From positions 1-58,933 of the forward strand of contig JAQGDQ010001157.1 in NCBI GenBank assembly GCA_030141605.1: a DNA stretch of 58,933 nucleotides, in the 5' to 3' direction. Positions 49,901-58,933 of this stretch are shown one piece after another. The translations under genes and the position numbers were made by a program. Position 1 is the stretch's first letter, and each line of letters begins with the position of its first letter. Source of the DNA: Tubiluchus corallicola. Lineage: Eukaryota; Animalia; Priapulida. A model generated the notes under the pieces. That model had not been told where the DNA came from. It worked only from the letters and a program-made list of their open reading frames with translations, and did no database searches.

Positions 49901-52900
49901 AAGTCATTTATTTATCACCTTTTACACTAAATACGGGACTTATAACAACAACATAATTTAGTATGAGGGTATTAGGACTGATATGACAATATATTTTACA
50001 AACTGTATAAAAAAAGATTAAGCAGCTTATGACCAATAATAGACCTCCACAAAATGTGCCACAAAGCCTACACTATTATACAAGTTAACTTATAAAATAG
50101 CAACAAACAGCACAACACAGAAAAAGCAGTTCAGTGTTCCGTGGAGGCAATGGATACACCTAAATCTTTTAAACAAGTACTTGCATCTGGCTTTTAATAT
50201 ACAGCCATTGCAGCACCACTGTAGTATAGTCAATTAACTCTTAATTTCTAATTGGGCCTATTGCTTAATGAAGATTACTGCTAGTGTTAAACTATAACAC
50301 AGTGATGCAGCTGGCATAGTTTATGCACTAATAAAATCTTAGTGCAAGATGTATGTAGGCTCGAGCAGCTGTTTCGATTTATTACCGTTCAGGAAAATAA
50401 TATTAAATATTTAATACTTATAAAAAAAATTTTAAGGTTTCTTAAATTAAATACCAAAAACAAAAAATATTAGCACAAATAAAATGCACATACAAGTTAA
50501 GCCAGGCAGACTGTAAGCCAAACTTTCTTTAAATATTTTATAAATTTGTAAAGATTCTCAGGTAAGATTTGAAGCAAACCTGCAAGGTGTAATCACTGAT
50601 TTGCAAGCAAAAACTGGAAGCAGAAATATTTCCGATTAAAGTTCAAAACGTGCAGGAACTTTGACAGCAGTTGATAAGCAAGAAATTAGCATTCCATCCA
50701 GGAAGCTGCCCCCATTATAAGAAAATTCAATTACAAGTTGCTGACTGAATCAACTAACTGTAGCAAAAACACGCTGTGAGGACCGTGTTTCCAAACAAAA
50801 CTTCCTTACAGAGCTTTCTGTAGCTAGAAAGTTCATTTTGTTGCTTTATCTAGTATTATTAACTCACATGTATGGGATCAGTAAATTAAAATGGCGACCA
50901 TGCAACAAACTCTAGTGAATTAATTAGTCCTAATAAGTAATTACTAATTACAACAGTTAAATTTGAAACGTAGCCTTGCTAAACAAAAATGATAGTGAAA
51001 ATGTCATTATAAAGGCCTGTGCACAGTGTTAGTGATAACAGCACAGGATCCGTAATCCGAAGGTCAGTGGTTCAAGTGCTATTCAAACCGTCAGAAAAGA
51101 AATATTTCAAAAGTATTGAGAGTAACACAGTTTGATAATGGTAATCACCTGCATTCTTTTTCCACAGTAATCTTAATAAAACGTGAATATGCTCAACAGG
51201 TTACTGAACGCTTTATAATCATGATCACAGTTTTTCTTAGTTCTCGCTCCATTTCATCTTTCATTCACTACTCCCCCCCCCACTTTTATGTATATATTAT
51301 CATTATTTCAATTATTAATCACTTCTTTAAGATTTCCACGTACAGTTTGGCCTGTCAAGCTATGCTTTTAGGCTCAAACTGTATGCATCAAAATTATTCT
51401 GTAATGTAATTTGCACATGTATATGCTGCATAAGAATCTCTTTTGTAATTTCTATATAATATTTCATTTATATTTATATTTACTTCAGTGAAATTATCTG
51501 TATTTTTATTATAACTGTTAGATACAGAGTGGAAATAAATAAACTTATAACTTAAGTACAGGTTCACATTGCTTCCATCTTAGATCGGATGTTGCTGTGA
51601 AAATTTAATAACCGTGAGCTTAATCTGCTAGATCTTACTTCCGATTGTATCATATTCCTTCCATTTTAGTCAAATTTTGCTTCAAAAATTGAACTGCGGT
51701 GTGTTTTTGGTTTCGAGTTTTAATTTCTTAATTTTCATTGCAGGTTGGTTCGTGTTTGTTCAAGTGTTCATGACATTTGGTTTCATGACAATAATAGCAG
51801 CAACAGCATTGAGCGTAGCCATTCTTCTGCAATGCTTTCGTGATAGACACATCTTATTCTTCAAGGCACAAGCCATCTGCCTCTGGACATCATGTAAGCA
51901 ACACTTAATCCGACATGTAATTTGAGATAAACATTTTTTTAATAGAAACTTACCACGCTTCACGGCTTAACACACAGATACGATAATCAATTTTTTATCA
52001 TCTTTATTCTTCTTCTTCTTCCCAACTTTTCCCTATGCGCGGTCGCCATTGTGAACGAGTCTTCTCCACGCATTCCTGTTGTTTACCATCTCTTCAATTA
52101 TGTCTTCCCTTCCCACATCACCGACTCTTCTTTTCAGGTGTCCATACCATCGCAATCTTGCGAGGCTTCCACTACTTTTACTGTTCCTCTGATATTAATA
52201 TTTCTAATTTATCTCTTCTTGTTATTCCCACCATCCATCTCAACATCCTCATCTCCACCACACCCATTTCCTTCTCTTCGGTCTTCTTTAGAGAAGCTGC
52301 TTCCAGCCCATAGATTAGAGCGGGTCTGACCACTTCTTTGTGGACTTTACCTTTAAGTCTCACCGACTCATTCATAGAAGGTTTTGGCACAGTTTTTACA
52401 GGCGGATGCCCTTCCTGACCCTAACCCTCCCTATTTATCCGGGCTTCAGACCGGCACCGAGTTGGGCTGGCTTGCCGCCCCCCTCCCCCCCCCCAGTGGC
52501 TAGGTTTCTAATTATCTTTATTCACTCAGCACAGTTTCAGATAACTAACCGAATTACAGTTGAATTTCCTAGAATAACATGGATGCGCATTTTTGATTTT
52601 ATTTAAATCAACTGCTACTGTTTTTTTCATAGCCAATAAAAGTGATTCTTTACTCAACATCAGTCCGTCGTTGGGTCAACTCGACTTGCAACAAAAACTA
52701 ATATAAGGATTTAACAACAGTTACATATGCGTCAGTCCCTCAGTTATAGTATTGTATTTGCGGGAACCTAACAAAAGGCAGCTTAAACCATTCGAGTCAT
52801 TATTAATAAACTTGTGGTTAAGGGTGAGCATTCTCTACCAGAAATCTAATCGAATTTGTGACTTTCGAATTCCAATCAAACCAAATTTCGGTATTTCGAA

Positions 52901-55711
52901 CTCGAATCGAGTTGGAAAGATTTTCGAACAAATTTTCGAACCAATAGTAAAAAGTGGTCTTACAACGATCATGCATATCACTTGATTTTGTTCTGCGGTA
53001 AAACCGTTATTTGTTTGTTAAAAATTTTGCAGCTAAATTGTGCTAATTGCATGACATTTTAATGATAGAGAACATATGCGGCTGAAGTGCTGAATTATTC
53101 GAATCTATAATTTTAGGTTAGAAACGAATTCGAACTAAAAAAATCGTTTGAAACGAATTCGAACGTTCGATGCTCACCACTACTTGTGGTCTGATCAAAC
53201 TATAGCGCACAAAAATACTGTGAATTGCAAAGAAAGTGTGAATCGAGAATATGTAGGTTTTTTTATTCGAAAAATGAAGGAGTTGGTGCATTATAATCAA
53301 AACATATTGTAAAGTAGAAATTAGAAGAGGCTGATAAGACCTGGTTTTTTGCTAACAAAATGTAAAGAAACAATAATTCTCTTCAAATAAGAAGCCTGGC
53401 AACCCCGTCGATGCATCTATGTCATTTAGTAAAAACCTAGCTCCAGACATTTCAAGCTTTGAGCCTTCATACCTTAGTATGCTAGAAGCTTAACATCACA
53501 AGAACGTATTCTATACAATGAATCATGAGTTTCAACATGTTTTAAATGAGCAATGTTTAATGCATTCCATTTCTTTAAGATTAAAATGCCCTCGCTTACG
53601 CATGAAATTTATGTCAGATTTGCAAAAACAAAACATGTGTGTTTGTCATCTCTAAGTATTGACAAAGACGTGACAGCTGAGAAATTGAAATTTTAGAAGT
53701 CACAATGCACGTTTTACAAAAATACGCCGCCCAGTTGACAACACTACGAAGACAGAAATTAATAAAAAATGTTAAAATTTCTTAGACTGTATAAACAATG
53801 CACTAAAGCTCTCTTAGTTTAACAAGATATTAAAGAAAAAAAACGTTTGAATAGCCTACCATCATACGGGCACAAAGTTGATTGAACGTAAGTCAGATAC
53901 AACAGATACAATTCAACCACAGGTACAAAGCCAAATATTTTTAATGCCTAATTATTGTTTTGCATTTCAGTTGGATTTACAGCAGTTGCCGTGGTGACAT
54001 TTGGAGTTCGAGGAGACAACAGAGATTGGATGCCAAGTCCGCATTTCAATCATTTCTCGTGGTCTTTTGCATTGGCAGTGATAGCCTGCCTGGCAGAACT
54101 AGCAGCAGGTGGCCTTTATTGGGTACAGGTAAGCAGAATATTTAGATAATTCTCTCTTGTGCAAGACTATTTAAAGTGCCTACTGTGCTAAACTGTGAAC
54201 TTCAGTAGTTTGCAGTCACATTTTTGAAGTCCAATGATATATCAGAAAATTGATATTAATCTTGAATTAAATAAAGGCGGGAATAGTAAATGTCAGTAAA
54301 TGTTAGAGTGAATTTGCTGACTGTAAGTTTCATACTTAGAGTGGATAAGTTTACTACCTAGAACGATCAGCATGCATCAATTGACACAATCATAGTTTTC
54401 ATTCCTGTACAAAAATAAAACTAGTTATCAGTCAGAGTTTATTGAAATGTACTGATACATCAGAAAATTAACTGAATTCATTTAAAATTGAAGGAATTTA
54501 TACGGTACAAGTATAATGCCTCATCTATGGCAGATTTTGCAATGCCTCGAGAACCTGCATTGAGTCAAGCCATCTGGTGGTCTGATGGAGAGCTGACAGT
54601 CATGAAAAATCAAACCACAAGCTTTTAGCTCGTAAAATTAGACGTCAAAACGAGTTTGCTGATTTACATTTGCAGATTATGTTCACAGATTTAAACACAT
54701 ATGTACTATTGCAATGTCAGTACATTATGATGCTTTACATTGTACAATATGCATTGGTGTCAACTGACCTACCCTGGTGCTTCTAGTGTTAATGACAATA
54801 ACACCGGAAAAGCTTTTTTATACACTTTGGCATCCAGCATTTGAATGCAGGGCCTACTCGTCACAACACTTCATTTGTCCTGGTCTCATTATCAAGGATA
54901 TCCCTCTAAAAGGAGCCACTAAACCAGTAGAGGTAAGTACAGCCACATTCAGATATGTACATGTATTTAACCTAAAACAATTGACCAAAACAAGCTCGAC
55001 GACGTGCAAAGAAAAGGAAAAGGAAAAACAAGAAACACAAGAAAACCTCCAAATTCCTGTTCATTTACTGCATCTACCTTTCCTGCAATAATATAACACA
55101 AACAACCGTGCAAAAACGTGAAAAAACCGGGTAAAAAAAAATTTACGAGTGGCATCAATGATAACCAAACGTCACTCTTAAAAATCTTACACGCCTATCC
55201 CGTCAGCAATGAAATCTGCCAGTGGTGATTTTAATAGGGTGACTTTATGTGTACTGATGTGATTTATTTAAAATCGCAACATCAGGGCTTAAAAAACCTA
55301 GAAAGCAAAGTATTAATAAGAACGAAATTTTCAGGAAATGCTCTGGAATCAACTTTTGCCTTTATTAGCAATAACTTTTAAATACATACTTGCTTGACAT
55401 TATTGAGTAAATGGAAGAACGATTGAGAACAAAGTAGGTTTGAACCAGCAACCTTAACCACCAAGCATTTTAGCTCCTTGTGACTGCATAAAGCCGTTGC
55501 CTAATTAGCTCTGTCTCTTTTTCAGGCACAGAGAATGGAGCGACGCAAGCGAATGATGAGCCAGCCAATGCAGTACCCGCCCAACGGTACACCACACCAA
55601 CCGCCTTATTATGTAGAGAAACAACCAGCACATCCGACCTACCAGCCACAACAGCCGCCCATAGCCACTATAACACAAGTCAATTCTAGTTCCAAAGAAG
55701 ATACTGTTTAA
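46969..55711 (+). CDS. Invertebrate claudin-like protein 3 (paralog of gene 2), 258 aa
   Basis: Exons 46969-47251, 51744-51893, 53971-54128 (RGDNRDWMPSPHFNHFSWSF), 55526-55711 (QPPYY...EDTV stop); same phases and internal exon lengths (150, 158 nt) as gene 2. Confidence 0.93.
47379..47923. mobile_element. MITE, copy 2 of the 4724-5519 family (inverted, internally deleted)
   Basis: Same termini and internal sequence. Confidence 0.85.
48495..48642. repeat. 19-bp tandem repeat (TAGTAACAGTGTAGTTACA), about 8 units
   Basis: Directly visible. Confidence 0.93.
49578..49707 (-). mobile_element. Short LINE-type 3' stub with (TTGA)n tail; second copy at 57526-57698
   Basis: Shared TTTCACTCCAGCAATACATATACAATACATC...AATTAACCAAATAA. 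Confidence 0.7.
49896..50375 (-). mobile_element. LINE-type 3' stub, inverted copy of 37334-37822
   Basis: Near-identical reverse complement. Confidence 0.8.
52010..52504 (-). mobile_element. Internally deleted RTE element, copy 4
   Basis: Same structure as copies 1 and 2; TSD core ATCTTTATTC on both sides; small frameshifting indels. Confidence 0.9.
52819..53182. mobile_element. hAT-type MITE with TTCGAA-rich subtermini
   Basis: TIRs TAAGGGTGAGCAT versus revcomp TAGTGGTGAGCAT; perfect 8-bp TSD CTTGTGGT (52811-52818, 53183-53190). Confidence 0.88.
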
Positions 55712-55936
55712 CAGATCGGTGCGAACATTATGCAACAAAAACAAGCTGTGTTAACATAGTTCAGTTATTGGTGCTGACCTAAATGGGCCATTTTACATTT
55801 CAATGCACTAGCTGCTAAATTGCTAGACAGAGGATAACCGTCCTGGTAAACCGTCCTACTCCAATTAATCAATATGCGTTTTATAATCATCAATTACTTT
55901 TTCAACTACCGATCCAAATCAATAGTATTACCAATG

Positions 55937-56183
55937 CACCTTTCGACTTATTTTTTGAAAAATCGACCAATGTAGCCATTATTTGCTGTCAAATGAAGCA
56001 ATATGGCACACCTTTGCTCAATAAGTGAGCACGCTGGCTGCTGTGTAGGTGTCAAAGTTCACCTTTCAACTTATTTTTTTTTTGAAAAATCGACCAATGT
56101 AGCCATTAATTGCTGTCAAATGAAGCAATATGGCACACCTTTGCACAATAAGTGAACACGCTGGCTGCTGTCTAGGTGTCAAA
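55937..56183. repeat. About 123-bp tandem duplication downstream of the claudin-like gene 3 stop
   Basis: CACCTTTC...GAAAAATCGACCAATGTAGCC...GCTGGCTGCTGT..AGGTGTCAAA occurs twice. Confidence 0.9.
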
Positions 56184-57523
56184 ATTTCTCGTAAATATGA
56201 AATTGTGGCTTACGAGTTGGTCGGTTTTCTCATAAAACTCTATTACAATCGATTGTTGAGGATTATCAAATCAGAACAAGTCTGGGATCCGATTACACTC
56301 CGGGGATCCCCGAGATCCAGGAGTGGACTGTGTAAATGCAATCGAAGTCAAACCACTATTAAAATGTATGACCACTCAAATATACATGGCTGATAACTAA
56401 ATATCTAACATAGTGGCCATATCAGAAATACACCAACAGTGAACGCTGAGCGCTAAATTTATAGAGACAAATATTATTACTCGCATTCAAATACTCCAAA
56501 GTTTTGTTCGTTTTACTGTAAATGCAGTTATTTTATAAGGAACAACTTATATTGTAAATAGGTGTCAATTTTACATGTTACTATTGTCATAATATTGCAT
56601 TGGTAAAATGCATTGGGAACAATTTTTACGACATTGATGAAATGTTGGTAGCATATATGTTAGTTAGAAGTTATTTTAAGTTAACAGAATCCCTGCAGAA
56701 TGTGCAGATGACATTGTTACTATGATAGTGGTCTATGTAGTTTCTTACATGTACAGTTTTTGCCGAGACAGTTTTAGAATTAATTTGCATAGCTTACCAG
56801 ATTACATTTCGATTTATTTACAAGGCAATACTTTTATAGTATTTATTGGCACGTGTAGTTTTGTTTTACATTAGAACATTTTTAGTATAGACAGAGTTTG
56901 TGCTTCTGAGCAATACGCTTTTAACAGCTAGCCAAATACTCAAATAAACTGTTAAATAATTGTTGTAAATAAACATTATTTAAAACAGTGTCGTGAAAAT
57001 GCGATAAGAAATCTAGTTTACGTAAAATTTGTCAGGTAACGTCCTGCCGTTTTTCCGAATTATAGACTAAAAAATTAAAAAAGGATTCAAGCGCCTGTTA
57101 ATACATTGCTGCAGTAGTTTCAAAAGTTTGTGCAATTATGTATGATTTCCAAGCAAGCAAACTAGATAAAATAGTCATGAATTTCACATTGCTGGATATA
57201 GGAAAAAGTATTCCACTTTTCCGTAATAATCCATTTGCGGACCCATTTTATAGAAATTTTTTAACTTGATGATTTTTATAATTAGGTGTTCGGGCAACCT
57301 AAAATTGTTAGGTCCTCCTCCTCTTCACCTCCTTAGTTTTCCTACTATGGCTGCTTAATTCCATCTTAGAGTTATTGCTTGCTAAAATATCTACGTGACT
57401 ATATATGAATTATCGTTATTTTAGTTGAAAATGTTTCTGTAAACTCCATAAATTCATTCACATTCCAAATGTAAAAGAATCTTGTTGACTTTTGACTTCT
57501 TTTACCCTTACAAGCCTTCATTG

Positions 57524-57525
<2 letters not shown>

Positions 57526-57588
<63 letters not shown>

Positions 57589-57698
57589 TTATTTCACTCC
57601 AGCAATACATATACAATACATCAACATACAATATTATTGAAAAAAAGAAACAGTATAGGTAAAAAACGTTGATGAAGTCAAATTAACCAAATAAAAGA
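57526..57698 (-). mobile_element. Short LINE-type 3' stub with expanded (TTGA)n tail
   Basis: Matches 49578-49707; (ATCA)n of about 15 units. Confidence 0.7.
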
Positions 57699-58933
57699 GT
57701 TGCTGTATGACACCTTGAAAGCTTGGCTTGTTAGGGTGGCACAAATGAGTGAATGAAAGAATGGTTAGGGTTAGTAGACATGATGGAATGGAAAAAAATA
57801 GTAAGATTAGGGATGGGAAGAAGGAAAAGAGGAGAAGAAACGACCGCAGTGTATGTTTAATTTACATAGAGGTATATTAAAATAGCATTATAATTGATTG
57901 GAGGCCATATATTGCGACTGCAGGAGACGTGGAAGCATGAAAATTGTATTATAAGTATGAATCAAAAATGGTTCATAAATTGTGAATTAAAAGTACTGTA
58001 TTAAAACTGTTATTGGATATTTTTACATTGAATCCATTTTACAACCCCTTTAATTGTGAAATAAAAATGCAAATACTAAATCGAGCATTTGTTTCACTTG
58101 TAAAACTTACTCGGGTAGTACTTGTATAAAACTTAAAGCATTCTAGTGGTAAAAATTTTTCCGTAATGTGGCAGTAAGAAATAAACAGAAACACCCAAGA
58201 ACCAATCCGCTATTATCAGTAGTCTTACCTGAAGTAAGATTCTAGTTATTTTAATATGATAATAAAGAATGACCACTAGTTTTTAAACTGAGAATTGAAA
58301 AAGAATATTGAGTCAAAGCATCACGAACATCGAGACCATCTCCTTGGTGCAAATTTAAGGCCCCACCAAACGTACCATAAATATTTACCAGATAAATATG
58401 GTAAATGACGGTTTGTTTATCCAGATTACATGTAGTTTTGCAAATTTGTTTTACAAAGTTTTACAAAGTCTAACAAATTTGTAGTCTAACAAAATTGGAG
58501 TTTAGATATTAGATATTCCATAAAGATATATATTATCTTTTTATATTATCTTCTAAAGAGCAAACAATGTCTATATTTAAAGAATATGAAAGTATGACAC
58601 AATAATTCTGCATTAAAATGACACTAGTTTCTTAATGAAAACTAAAATTCAAATTTCAAATTGTGCCATTTTTGTAATCTAGCAGATACAAAACAAGGGA
58701 TTGCATCAATTTTGACGAAATTCAAGGAGCAGAACAAGGTAGCAAAGGCGGCAATTATGGGGGAATTAGTAGAAAAAAAGAGAAGTGGTTTCAAAACGTC
58801 ATACAGAGGAAAATAAAGAGAAAGACACGAACAGAACTAGTCCGACACGGCTCGGCAGTGTAACACAAGCTGATGTTAAAAGTGATATTTACCACAGCCA
58901 CGGATAAAATGATAAAGTGTGCAAGATAAACTG

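Noticed and set aside
53446-53472. Hammerhead-like relic on the minus strand (ATGAAGGCTCAAAGCTTGAAATGTC); similar partial CTGATGA motif at about 4387
   Set aside because: Core nucleotides are incomplete (no CTGA in the first, no GAAA in the second) and stems are not supported.

Overview
AT-rich, repeat-dense animal (probably marine invertebrate) genomic DNA with spliced genes; most entries in the ORF track are repeat or intron artefacts. Genes: (1) the last four coding exons of a minus-strand PfkB-family kinase (pseudouridine-kinase-like; 16836-23237), whose upstream exons I cannot find in the window; (2) three tandem plus-strand invertebrate claudin-like (PMP22/claudin superfamily, kune-kune/sinuous/pickel-like) genes at about 25495-33482, 36650-41688 and 46969-55711; (3) an intronless minus-strand gene (35308-36192) fusing a 3-hydroxyacyl-CoA-dehydrogenase-type NAD-binding domain that lacks the canonical catalytic residues to a C-terminal RING finger, head-to-head with claudin-like gene 2. 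The rest is mobile DNA and tandem repeats: a 5S-rRNA-headed SINE interrupted by a hAT element, four internally deleted RTE copies, chained TTAA-flanked Kolobok-like MITEs, hAT and Tc1 MITEs, a probable solo LTR, LINE 3' stubs and many mini/microsatellites. Best leads: the pseudo-dehydrogenase-RING fusion, probable nesting of the whole cluster in one PfkB intron, a 7-fold tandem splice-acceptor array, and an inverted repeat pair bracketing an in-frame 408-nt exon block. Family assignments come from motif recognition only; no database searches were run.
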